Source: Candidatus Shapirobacteria bacterium (GTDB taxonomy: Bacteria; Patescibacteriota; Microgenomatia; UBA12405). Taken from it: a stretch of DNA of 64,000 nucleotides. The notes beneath the pieces were generated by a model that made no database searches, was not told where the DNA came from, and saw only the letters and a list, made by a program, of their open reading frames with translations. This document shows positions 18,436 through 27,511 of the stretch, piece by piece. The DNA is taken from the NCBI GenBank assembly GCA_041658125.1, contig JBBAAS010000002.1, forward strand, positions 8,951 through 72,950, given 5' to 3'. The position numbers were made by a program, and so were the translations under genes. Each line of letters opens with the position of its first letter. Position 1 is the first letter of the stretch.

Positions 18436-18507
18436 TTCTGCTTCCCAGGTGGGATCAGTGCAACCAAAAGGTTACTCTGAGAGTTGGTTCGAATCCAGCG
18501 GCAGGAA
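18436..18507 (+). ncRNA. tRNA-like structure (not a decoding tRNA)
   Basis: Acceptor-like TTCTGCT/GGCAGGA, canonical T-arm GTTGG-TTCGAAT-CCAGC, aberrant D and anticodon arms. Confidence 0.55.
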
Positions 18508-18576
18508 ATCTTTCCTTTCAACCCCGAGAGGCGGAATTTTGATGACGAAAGTCTAAAAATTTTGACCTCTTGGGAT

Positions 18577-18641
18577 TTTGAACGTTATCCTAATGATGGG
18601 TCTGATGAGTCCCGATGTAACGTCGGGATGAAACGTTCAAA
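18577..18641 (+). ncRNA. Type III hammerhead ribozyme
   Basis: Stem III TTTGAACG/CGTTCAAA, cleavage triplet GUU, stem I ATCC/GGGT, core CTGATGA, 9-bp stem II, core GAAA. Confidence 0.85.
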
Positions 18642-18721
18642 TTGGCTATCGGATTAATTGATTAGATAATTGGAGCTTACCTTCGCATGAGCTTCGGAGG
18701 ATGCGATAAAATAGGAGTATT

Positions 18722-18793
18722 GTTTCCGTAGTTCAATGGATAGAATACGGGCCTCCGAAGCTTGAGATTCGGGTTCGACTCCCGACGGGAACA
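18722..18793 (+). tRNA. tRNA-Arg(CCG), CCA not encoded
   Basis: GTTTCCG/CGGGAAC acceptor; anticodon arm CGGGC-CTCCGAA-GCTTG; T-loop TTCGACT. Confidence 0.93.
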
Positions 18794-18823
18794 CAGTGTA
18801 GTTTATAAAGTTTGAAAGTACCA

Positions 18824-19333
18824 ATGAAAACAGAGATTAATAATTATGATGAAAGATCGGCGGGAGGGGTGGTTTATAAAATAGAAAAAGGGAAAGTGGA
18901 GTGGCTAGTGATTAAAACCGGAACCAGTAAGGGTTTTGGAAGGCAAGGAGGTGGAAAAGCACCAAAAACAGCGTATAAGTTCCCAAAGGGACATTTAAAA
19001 ACCGGGGAATTTTTAAAACAAGCGGCATTGCGGGAAGTGGAGGAAGAGGGCCGGGTAAAAGCTAAAATTGTGACAAAAATCGGATCGAATAATTATTTGA
19101 TTTGGGATAAGTTAAAAAAGAAAAAAATAATTAAAAAAGTAACGTTTTTTTTGATGGAATATAGGGAAGAGAGCCGACTTAAGTATTTTGATGCGGAAGT
19201 GGTGTTGGAAAGAGTGTGGCTCCCCTACCAGGAAGCGGCAGAAAAATTGGAATATCATTCGGAAAAAGTGCTATTGGGAAAAGCGGAAAAAACACTACAG
19301 GCTTTATTAAAAGGCCAAAAAGCCGTAAAATAG
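18824..19333 (+). CDS. NUDIX hydrolase (Ap4A hydrolase-like)
   Basis: SAGGVV, FPKGHL..GE....AALREVEEEG. Confidence 0.88.
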   Translation: MKTEINNYDERSAGGVVYKIEKGKVEWLVIKTGTSKGFGRQGGGKAPKTAYKFPKGHLKTGEFLKQAALREVEEEGRVKAKIVTKIGSNNYLIWDKLKKKKIIKKVTFFLMEYREESRLKYFDAEVVLERVWLPYQEAAEKLEYHSEKVLLGKAEKTLQALLKGQKAVK

Positions 19334-19343
19334 GTCGTTTGAT

Positions 19344-19428
19344 GGAGAGGTCGGATAGTGGTTCATTCCACAGACCTGGAAAGTCTGCGGCCCAAAAGGC
19401 CTCGCGGGTTCGAATCCCGCCCTCTCCG
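19344..19428 (+). tRNA. tRNA-Ser(GGA), CCA not encoded
   Basis: GGAGAGG/CCTCTCC-G; anticodon arm CAGAC-CTGGAAA-GTCTG; long variable arm. Confidence 0.93.
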
Positions 19429-19468
19429 CTCAATATAGTAACCATCAAAATTGATTGTATAATTGGGT

Positions 19469-19945
19469 ATGAATATAAGCTTGGTTCCAATAAAAATTAG
19501 CGAGAAAGATGTCTTGAAGGAAATGCTTTATGAATATGAGAAAGAAATGTCGGATGGAGAACCTGGTGAATATAAGTATTTAGATTCGTACTGGCAAAAA
19601 CCTGATCGATTTCCCTTCTTTATTGAAGTTGACGAAAAAATTGCGGGGTTTGTTTTAGTTAATAGTTATAATTTGGTGATAGATGAAGGTAAAAATATTG
19701 CTGAATTTTACGTTGAAAAAGAATTCAGAAAAAACGGGATTGGAAGAGAAGCGTCAAGACAAATTTTTAACTTGTTTCCAGGAAAATGGGAAATCAGACA
19801 GATTATAGAAAATCCTAAAGCTCGTTTGTATTGGTTGAAGTTAATGACGGAATTTACAAAAAATAATTTTACTGAAAAATTTGTTGATAATGACAAGTGG
19901 CATGGATGGATTCAGGTGTTTAATATGAACGGAAATAAGTTCTAA
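19469..19945 (+). CDS. GNAT acetyltransferase
   Basis: IAEFYV...FRKNGIG, PGKWEIRQ..EN..A..YW. Confidence 0.88.
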   Translation: MNISLVPIKISEKDVLKEMLYEYEKEMSDGEPGEYKYLDSYWQKPDRFPFFIEVDEKIAGFVLVNSYNLVIDEGKNIAEFYVEKEFRKNGIGREASRQIFNLFPGKWEIRQIIENPKARLYWLKLMTEFTKNNFTEKFVDNDKWHGWIQVFNMNGNKF

Positions 19946-19995
19946 TTTCGTTTCAGACTCTCTGCCAGGTAAGGTGAGTTTGCTACAATTTTGTA

Positions 19996-20808
19996 ATGTC
20001 AGGAATAGCTATGCCCAATAAAGAAATATTAGAAGCGTTTGGGTGTAAGGGAGAGGCCAGATTATTATCAGGAGGAGAAGGAAGATCGTATTTGGCGAGA
20101 GATATCGTGTTAAAGCCGATTGATAATATTGAAGAAGCGATTTGGGTAGCTGACTTAATGAATGCAATCGTTGAAGATGAGTTTAGAGTGGCCAGGCCAA
20201 TCAAGGCAAGAAATGGAAGCTGGATTTATCAAAGTTGGACAGCGTTTAAATATTTGGAAGGTGAGGCGTCAAAACAACGGGCGAGGGAGAAATTTGAGGT
20301 GGCGCGTAATTTTCATAAAGCGCTAGCGGGTTGCAAACGACCGGTTTTTTTGGATACCAAAGTTAATCCGTATGTAACTGCGGACCGGATGGTGTGGGGA
20401 AAACAACTTTTTACAATGAGCGATCAGCTGAAACCGTTTTTGACGCCAATAGCGGCGAAATTAAAACCTATTGAATTGGAAGAGCAATTAATTCACGGAG
20501 ACATGACGGGTAATATTTTATTTCACGAAACATTACCGTCGGCAGTGGTTGATATGACGCCTTATTGGCATCCGGCAAAATATGCCGAGGCAATTATTAC
20601 AGTTGATGCGATGGTTTGGGACGGGGCCGACGATACGTTGCTTGACATGCTTGATAATACCTTTGAAATGAACCAGTTAATGCTCCGGGCGGCTATTTGG
20701 CGGATTAAAATAACCGATGAATTTTTTTTGGAAGGTAAAAAAAGCGATTTGGATTTTGAAAATTACAGACATTTTTTTGAGTTGCTTTTGAAAAGAATGA
20801 ATATCTGA
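19996..20808 (+). CDS. Aminoglycoside phosphotransferase/kinase-like protein
   Basis: LSGGEG, VLKP, QLIHGDMTGNIL, VDMTPYW motifs. Confidence 0.85.
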   Translation: MSGIAMPNKEILEAFGCKGEARLLSGGEGRSYLARDIVLKPIDNIEEAIWVADLMNAIVEDEFRVARPIKARNGSWIYQSWTAFKYLEGEASKQRAREKFEVARNFHKALAGCKRPVFLDTKVNPYVTADRMVWGKQLFTMSDQLKPFLTPIAAKLKPIELEEQLIHGDMTGNILFHETLPSAVVDMTPYWHPAKYAEAIITVDAMVWDGADDTLLDMLDNTFEMNQLMLRAAIWRIKITDEFFLEGKKSDLDFENYRHFFELLLKRMNI

Positions 20809-20825
20809 AGAGATGTTAGAATTTA

Positions 20826-21986
20826 GTGGCTATGGATTATAAAGAAGAGTCACTGAAACAACATTTGAAGTTTGGGGGCAAGATCGGGATTAAAAGTAAA
20901 TTCCCGGAAATAAAAACGAAGGATGATTTGGCGGTGGCTTATACGCCGGGAGTAGCGGCGGTGTCGTCGTTTTTGGCGGCAAATCCGGACGAAGCATATG
21001 GATATTCGATTAAGGGCAATACAATTGCGGTAGTGTCGGATGGATCGGCGGTGCTGGGACTCGGTAACATCGGGCCTTATGGAGCTTTGCCGGTAATGGA
21101 GGGAAAAGCACTTTTGTTTAAAGAATTTGGCGATGTGGATGCTTATCCGATAGTGTTGTCAACTCAAGAGACCGAGGAAATAATAGAAACAGTAAAAGCA
21201 ATCGCGCCGACCTTTGGGGGAATAAATTTGGAAGATATTTCATCGCCACGGTGCTTTGAGGTGGAGGAAAGACTGATAAAGGAACTCGATATCCCGGTTT
21301 TTCACGACGATCAGCACGGAACGGCAATTGTGATTTTGGCGGCCTTGATTAACGGCTTGAAACTGGCTAAAAAGCAAATGGGAAAAATCAAAATGGTGAT
21401 CAGCGGCGCCGGGGCGGCGGGAATTGCCACAACTAAACTTCTCCTAAAATACGGCATTAAAAATATTACTTTAGTTGATTCGCAAGGAGTAATCAGCAAA
21501 AAACGGACTGATTTAAACGAAGTAAAAATGAAAATGCTTCCGGTTACCAATCCGGAAAATAGTGAAGGTGGTTTAGAAAATGCTTTAAAAGGCGCGGACG
21601 TGTTTATCGGGGTGAGTGCGCCGGGAGTATTAAAGCCGGAATTTATTAAAACTATGGCCGAAAAACCGATTATTTTTGCCATGGCTAATCCGGTGCCGGA
21701 AATTATGCCTGATTTGGCAAAAGAAGCCGGAGCCTTTGTGGTCGGAACAGGCCGGAGTGATTTTCCAAATCAAATAAATAATGTGCTGGTTTTCCCGGGA
21801 TTGTTTAGAGGAGTTTTAGATAACAAAATTAAATTGATTACCGATGAAATGAAAATTGCAGCGGCGGAGACGTTGGCCGGTTATCTGAAAGATGATGAAT
21901 TGAGTGTCGATAAAATACTGCCAAGTGTACTGGATAAAAAAGTGTCGACAGCGATTGCCGAAAGAATGGCGGAGTTTAAGGAGTAA
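20826..21986 (+). CDS. NAD(P)-dependent malic enzyme
   Basis: AYTPGV, DGSAVLGLGNIG, INLEDI, FHDDQHGT, GAGAAG, NQINN motifs. Confidence 0.96.
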   Translation: MAMDYKEESLKQHLKFGGKIGIKSKFPEIKTKDDLAVAYTPGVAAVSSFLAANPDEAYGYSIKGNTIAVVSDGSAVLGLGNIGPYGALPVMEGKALLFKEFGDVDAYPIVLSTQETEEIIETVKAIAPTFGGINLEDISSPRCFEVEERLIKELDIPVFHDDQHGTAIVILAALINGLKLAKKQMGKIKMVISGAGAAGIATTKLLLKYGIKNITLVDSQGVISKKRTDLNEVKMKMLPVTNPENSEGGLENALKGADVFIGVSAPGVLKPEFIKTMAEKPIIFAMANPVPEIMPDLAKEAGAFVVGTGRSDFPNQINNVLVFPGLFRGVLDNKIKLITDEMKIAAAETLAGYLKDDELSVDKILPSVLDKKVSTAIAERMAEFKE

Positions 21987-22044
21987 AAAGAATAATCTGA
22001 ATATCTCCCTTGTACACTTTAATAGTTTGTCGATAGACTGAAGA

Positions 22045-23436
22045 GTGTTAGATGAAAAGTGTGCGGTATTTGGAGTTTACGGCACCAATCCGTTGATTGA
22101 GGCCGCCAGGCTGGTTCACACCGGTCTGTGGACATTGCAACACCGCGGGCAGGAAAGCTCGGGAATAGTCAGTTCTGACGGCAAGGACTTGTGGTCTCAA
22201 AGAGGAATGGGGTTGGTATCCCATGTTTACAACGAACAAAGTTTTGATGCGTTAAAAGGAACAATAGCCATCGGGCATAATCGCTATTCTACTTGTGGAC
22301 CGTCAGATGCGAGTCATATACAGCCAATAATTTCAGAAGACCGTAATTTGGCTATGGCTCACAACGGAAATTTACCGGCGACACTACGACTTTGTAAATT
22401 CTTAACCAGCAAAGGGGTTAGCCCGCGGTTTAACAATGATTCTGAACTGATGTACAAGGCGGTGGCTTATTATTTTGTTAAAGGATTATCTTTGCCCGAA
22501 GCCGTAGCCAAAGCTTTTCCACTTTTTACCGGGGTATTTTCAGCTCTTTTTATGTCAGCCGATACGATAGTTGCTGTCCGCGACCGGCGGGGAATCAGGC
22601 CGTTGTCTTTGGGAAAAATTGACGGCATTGGCTACGTAATTTCTTCGGAAACCTGCGCGATCAATACCATTGACGGTAAATATGTCCGGGATATTAAACC
22701 AGGAGAAATGCTATTTATTGACAAAGAAGGGCTTCACTCCCGGCAATTGGTAAAAGGCAAGGAAATGCTTGACGCTTTTGAATTTGTTTATTTTTCCCGA
22801 CCGGATAGTTACTTGGCCGGACGGAGCGTTAATGAAGTACGCAAAGAATTAGGCCGACAACTGGCACTGGAAAACCCAAAGATCAAAGCCGATGTGGTTA
22901 TTCCAATTCCTGATTCGGGAATACCGGCAGCGATTGGCTTTGCACAAGAATCAGGAATACCTTTTGATATGGGATTGATAAAAAACCGATATATTCACCG
23001 GACTTTTATCCGACCGGCGCAAAGTATGCGAAAAAACGATGTCAGACTGAAGCTAAATCCTCTGCCTTCGGTATTAAAAGGCAAGCGGGTAGTGCTGATT
23101 GACGATTCAATAGTCAGAGGAACGACCAGTGAAAAAATAGTAAGCCTGTTACGGCAGGCAGGAGCAAAAGAGGTTCATTTTTTGGTAAGTTCACCACCGG
23201 TAAAATTTCCTGATTTTTACGGCATTAATACGCCGGACCAAAATGAGCTGATTGCGGCCACCAAAACAATCCCGGAAATTCAGGAAATTATTAAAGCCGA
23301 TGGCCTGGCTTATTTATCGCTGAAAGGGTTGATAAAGGCGATTGGTCTGCCGGTAAGCAATATTTGTACCTCCTGCTTTACCGGCAAATACCCTGTCGAT
23401 ATTGGTCTGAATAAAAAGAAAATTAAGTATTGTTAA
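22045..23436 (+). CDS. purF: Amidophosphoribosyltransferase
   Basis: CAVFG, LQHRGQES, GHNRYST, HNGN, DDSIVRGTT motifs. Confidence 0.97.
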   Translation: MLDEKCAVFGVYGTNPLIEAARLVHTGLWTLQHRGQESSGIVSSDGKDLWSQRGMGLVSHVYNEQSFDALKGTIAIGHNRYSTCGPSDASHIQPIISEDRNLAMAHNGNLPATLRLCKFLTSKGVSPRFNNDSELMYKAVAYYFVKGLSLPEAVAKAFPLFTGVFSALFMSADTIVAVRDRRGIRPLSLGKIDGIGYVISSETCAINTIDGKYVRDIKPGEMLFIDKEGLHSRQLVKGKEMLDAFEFVYFSRPDSYLAGRSVNEVRKELGRQLALENPKIKADVVIPIPDSGIPAAIGFAQESGIPFDMGLIKNRYIHRTFIRPAQSMRKNDVRLKLNPLPSVLKGKRVVLIDDSIVRGTTSEKIVSLLRQAGAKEVHFLVSSPPVKFPDFYGINTPDQNELIAATKTIPEIQEIIKADGLAYLSLKGLIKAIGLPVSNICTSCFTGKYPVDIGLNKKKIKYC

Positions 23437-23508
23437 AAAATAATTGATTTTGACTTTTGAAGATTGACAAATTTAAAATAAGTGAATGGTAGAAAATAAT
23501 AAAAGATT

Positions 23509-23964
23509 TTATCTTATTTTACCGAGATATTCTCCGGTCTTCGGGAAACCGACTTGATAGTCGGCAAGTAAAATCGAGGAAAGTTCATGGGGGTAAAGAT
23601 TATCGGGTAAGTTTTTAATATCCAACCAAGTACACCAAACCGAGCCATCGGGGTGTTGGGGGTCGTGAAGATGTTCCAGCTCCTCAAATTTATTGATATC
23701 TCCAAGAATAAATAACTCTACTGCGTGTTCGTTTTCTTCAGGCATAATAAAATCACGAAGGTAAAGAATTTTTTTAAATTTAAATGAGTCACCGGCACAT
23801 TCTTCGGCAACTTCGCGAAGACAACCCTCTAAAATAGTTTCCCCATATTCTAAATGTCCGCCGATATAATGGTAATAATTTTGTTTCTGACGATACTGAA
23901 CTAACAACTTACCATTTTTGATGACTATCGGTCTTACCCTGACGTTAATGAGATGATTTTCCAT
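23509..23964 (-). CDS. NUDIX hydrolase
   Basis: GGHLEYGETILEGCLREVAEE Nudix box. Confidence 0.88.
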   Translation of the reverse strand: MENHLINVRVRPIVIKNGKLLVQYRQKQNYYHYIGGHLEYGETILEGCLREVAEECAGDSFKFKKILYLRDFIMPEENEHAVELFILGDINKFEELEHLHDPQHPDGSVWCTWLDIKNLPDNLYPHELSSILLADYQVGFPKTGEYLGKIR

Positions 23965-23998
23965 ATGGTAAGATCATATCATTAGTTTTGGTGAATTT

Positions 23999-24619
23999 AT
24001 GAAAGTTTATTTTGTCCGACATGGATCAACGGATTCGCTGGAAAAAAGGATCAGTCAACCTGACGATGAACCCTTGAATGAGAATGGTAGGATACAAGCT
24101 AAAGAATTAGGAAAACGGTTTGTTAAAACTAATTTGGATTTGGTAATTTCCAGTCCTTATACCAGAGCGGTAGAAACGGCCAAAGCGATACGGGAGGAAG
24201 TGGTGACTAGTGAACTTTTTAAAGAAGTGAAAAAACCGACCGAAGTAGTCGGCAGGTCAAAGGATGAAGAAGAAGTAAAAAATATTTTAAAAAAGATCGG
24301 GGAAATGTATCTGACAGATCCAAGTTGGCACTTTTCCGATGAAGAAAGCTTTGAAGATTTAAAAAAGCGGGGATTAGAAGCGTTGGAGTTTTTAAAAGCA
24401 CAAAACAAAGAGAATATTTTGGTGGTATCGCATGGAAATTTTGTGGCTTTATTAGTCGGATTAATGCTGTATGGGGAGAATTATCCGGTGGATGTTTCGT
24501 TGCGGTTGAAAAATTTTTTAAGATTTGGGAATACCGGAGTATCGATTGTTATTTATGAAGAGGAAAGGTGGCGATTAGTATGCTGGAATGATACGTCGCA
24601 TTTTTTAGAACGGAATTAA
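23999..24619 (+). CDS. Histidine phosphatase family protein
   Basis: VRHG, SSPY.RA.ETA, VVSHG motifs. Confidence 0.92.
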   Translation: MKVYFVRHGSTDSLEKRISQPDDEPLNENGRIQAKELGKRFVKTNLDLVISSPYTRAVETAKAIREEVVTSELFKEVKKPTEVVGRSKDEEEVKNILKKIGEMYLTDPSWHFSDEESFEDLKKRGLEALEFLKAQNKENILVVSHGNFVALLVGLMLYGENYPVDVSLRLKNFLRFGNTGVSIVIYEEERWRLVCWNDTSHFLERN

Positions 24620-24747
24620 TTTAGACGAAGGGTCCGAAGGCGAAGGGAGTTGGTGACAACGGAAACACTGCTGAAGGACATAGCCAAACCGGCGAAGATG
24701 GGGTTGAGGGTAATCCCAAAAAAAAGATAAAGAGCACCGGCGGCAAA
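24616..24747 (-). pseudogene. 3' remnant of a P1B copper ATPase
   Basis: Reads [43 protein letters not shown], the last two TM helices with MxxSS. Confidence 0.8.
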
Positions 24748-24768
24748 TATGATACCAGATTAGGTGAG

Positions 24769-24891
24769 GACACAACTTTAGCCAGTTCACTGGGCGTGAA
24801 TGGAACACCAGGATTCTTTTTGAATACGACTAACTTTTCCGGGGCATACAGCTGGACGGAAATGAAATCAGTTGCTGATGCAGCACTATGA
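24769..24891 (+). pseudogene. 3' remnant of a DsbA/thioredoxin-fold protein
   Basis: Reads DTTLASSLGVNGTPGFFLN...GAYSWTEMKSVADAAL*. Confidence 0.7.
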
Positions 24892-24903
24892 TAAGGCAGT
24901 TTG

Positions 24904-26943
24904 TTAAATTGTGATCAAAGATTTTTCGGCACGTTTCAATAAAACCGCATTGGTAGCGACAATAATTGATGAAACAGACATTAATAATGCTGAAACTTCA
25001 GGACGTAGAGTTATACCTAAACTTGGGTATAAAACTCCGGCGGCTACTGGAATTGCCAGGACATTGTAAACACTGGCCCAAACCAGATTTTCTTTCATCT
25101 TTCGAACAGTGGCCTTGCTTAATCGGATAGCTCTTAAAATGTCAGCTGGATCAGATTTCATTAAAACAACATTGGCGGTTTCAATAGCGACGTCAGTCCC
25201 TGCTCCAATAGCAATCCCAATATCTGCTTGAGCGAGAGCCGGAGCATCATTAACTCCATCTCCAACCATAGCCACAAATTTACCCTCGTCTTGAAGTTTC
25301 TTGACATAATTGGCTTTATCTTCTGGTAATACTTCAGCAAAAATTCGGGTGATTCCCAATGTCTTACCAATATTTTCAGCCGTTTTTTGATTATCTCCGG
25401 TAATCATGGCAACTTCAATCCCCATTTCCTGCATTTTTTTAACGGCTATTGACGAACTTTCTTTGATTGGATCGGCTACACCAACAACTCCGGCGATTTG
25501 ACTATCCACTGCCAACAACATAATAGTATTGCCCTCATCTAAAAGTTTCTGAATTGAGGTTTCTATTGGTTTAATATCAATATTTCTATCTTTAATCAGT
25601 TTTAAATTACCAACTAGTATTTGTTTTCCATCAACCACCGCCTCAACCCCATGGCCGGAAATAGCCTTAAAACTTTTGACATTATTTGAAATCAATAGCC
25701 CACGTTTTTCTACCTCAGTTAAAATTGCTTTACTTAGCGGGTGGCCTGACATTTTTTCAACAGCAGCATCATAGATCAATACTTGGTCTTCACTAAAACC
25801 AGCAGAGGCAATAACTTGAGTTACTACTGGTTTTCCTTCGGTCAGTGTCCCTGTTTTATCCATAACCACAGCATTAATTTTGGACACTTGCTCTAAAGTA
25901 GTCGCATCTTTGATTAAAATGTTGTGTTTGGCACCCAAACCAGTTCCAACCGCTACGGCAGTAGGAGTGGCCAAACCAAGTGCATCGGGACACGCTATTA
26001 CCACGGCAGATATGGCAAATGTCAGAGCGAATAGTAACGACTGTCCTAAAACAAAATACCAAATGACAAAAGTAATTAATCCTGAGCCCACAGCGAGGAT
26101 AACTAAATATTGAGCGGCTTTGTCGGCAATTCGTTGGCCGGGAGCTTTGGAGTTTTGGGCAGTTTCGACCAACTTTACAATTTGGGCTAGGGCAGTATCG
26201 GCTCCAACTTTGGTGGCTTTGAATTTGAGTGAACCCATTTGGTTTATCGAACCACCAATCACCAAATCACCAACTTTTTTCTCAATTGGCATTGACTCTC
26301 CAGTTACCAATGATTCGTCAATTGAAGTTTCACCTTCGACTACTTCACCATCAACGGGGATTTTGTCACCCGGTTTGATAATGACAATATCACCCATCAA
26401 AACTTCGGCTGTAGGAACTGTTAGCTCCTGACCATTACGAAAAACCCGAGCCTGAGGAGGAACTAAATCAAACAAAGCCCTGAGAGCATCTGATGTACCG
26501 CGACGTGATTTCATTTCCATCCAGTGACCAAACAAGACAAATGTGACTAGCATGGCGGCGGCTTCAAAAAATGTCTCACCACCAATAAACAAAGTAATAA
26601 CAACGCTAAAAATGTAGGCGGCCAAAACTCCGGTAGCTATCAAAACCATCATATTTAATGTTTTTTTCTTGAGTGCCTCATATGCTCCTACTGGGAATAT
26701 CGATCCAAATTTAAAAACTATCGGGGTTACCAAAAGAAATAATAGCCAATTTTTAGGGATAAAAGTTGGAAGTGGAAGATAGGTAATAAGTAATGTTGGA
26801 ATAGTGAGGGCAAGTGACCAAAAAAAACGATTACGCATGTCTTTTTCCATAAATTCAGCCATTTTGGGATCGATCATGGTAGATTCGTGATCCATCGGCT
26901 CCATTTTGGACATATTGTGCATTTGATGTTGTGAATGATCCAT
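24904..26943 (-). CDS. Heavy-metal P1B-type ATPase (CopB-like, His/Met-rich N-terminus)
   Basis: TGES, CPDALGL, DKTGT, HP, GDGVND, YN and MxxSS motifs. Confidence 0.95.
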   Translation of the reverse strand: MDHSQHQMHNMSKMEPMDHESTMIDPKMAEFMEKDMRNRFFWSLALTIPTLLITYLPLPTFIPKNWLLFLLVTPIVFKFGSIFPVGAYEALKKKTLNMMVLIATGVLAAYIFSVVITLFIGGETFFEAAAMLVTFVLFGHWMEMKSRRGTSDALRALFDLVPPQARVFRNGQELTVPTAEVLMGDIVIIKPGDKIPVDGEVVEGETSIDESLVTGESMPIEKKVGDLVIGGSINQMGSLKFKATKVGADTALAQIVKLVETAQNSKAPGQRIADKAAQYLVILAVGSGLITFVIWYFVLGQSLLFALTFAISAVVIACPDALGLATPTAVAVGTGLGAKHNILIKDATTLEQVSKINAVVMDKTGTLTEGKPVVTQVIASAGFSEDQVLIYDAAVEKMSGHPLSKAILTEVEKRGLLISNNVKSFKAISGHGVEAVVDGKQILVGNLKLIKDRNIDIKPIETSIQKLLDEGNTIMLLAVDSQIAGVVGVADPIKESSSIAVKKMQEMGIEVAMITGDNQKTAENIGKTLGITRIFAEVLPEDKANYVKKLQDEGKFVAMVGDGVNDAPALAQADIGIAIGAGTDVAIETANVVLMKSDPADILRAIRLSKATVRKMKENLVWASVYNVLAIPVAAGVLYPSLGITLRPEVSALLMSVSSIIVATNAVLLKRAEKSLITI

Positions 26944-27002
26944 AATTAATAATACTCTACAAAATAGTTAGAAACTATTGACCGAATGATTGGAAGATTA
27001 AA

Positions 27003-27446
27003 CTATTTTACGATAATAGTTCCGTGAGGGATTCCCATGGCACAGGTGATTGAGTAAGTACCCGGAGTTGTTGGAGTAAATTCAAAAATATTGGTTTGGC
27101 CTTTGGTAAATCCTTGGATATTACCGGGTAAAAGTTCCGGGAGCATAATACTGCCCATACATCCTCGGCCATTTTCAGCGGCATAAACTTCAAGTCGTAC
27201 CGGAATACCTGCTTTAACATTAAGCTCGGCAGGAACAAATCCAAACGGCGGACCATAAGTGGCTTTAATTATTTGAGCTTTCGAAGTTGGGGTAGAAGTC
27301 GGAGTGGGACTTACTGGTATTGGTATTGGTGTTGGAGTATTGTTTGGTACAGAATTAACAGGTTGAATCTTAGTAATTGAATGGAACAAAACTAACCCTC
27401 CGATAACGATCATTGTTGAGAATATTAGAATGTAGGCAGTTTTCAT
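27003..27446 (-). CDS. Membrane-anchored cupredoxin-domain protein
   Basis: N-terminal TM, PT linker, G.Y.ITCAMG..HG. Confidence 0.85.
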   Translation of the reverse strand: MKTAYILIFSTMIVIGGLVLFHSITKIQPVNSVPNNTPTPIPIPVSPTPTSTPTSKAQIIKATYGPPFGFVPAELNVKAGIPVRLEVYAAENGRGCMGSIMLPELLPGNIQGFTKGQTNIFEFTPTTPGTYSITCAMGIPHGTIIVK

Positions 27447-27469
27447 ATATATTTCTTTTTCACTAACTT

Positions 27470-27503
27470 ACAGAAACACTCCGTCTGTGCGGAGTGTTTC
27501 TGT
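27470..27503. terminator. Hairpin downstream of copA (terminator or stabiliser)
   Basis: ACAGAAACACTCCG-N6-CGGAGTGTTTCTGT 14-bp stem. Confidence 0.65.
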
Positions 27504-27511
27504 TTAACTAT

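Noticed and set aside
18436-18507. Functional decoding tRNA
   Set aside because: No 7-nt anticodon loop, non-canonical D arm and no CCA; kept only as a tRNA-like structure.
18523-18574. Second hammerhead (TTGATGAC-GAAA)
   Set aside because: No CUGAUGA core or separate stem II; it folds as a simple GNRA-capped hairpin.
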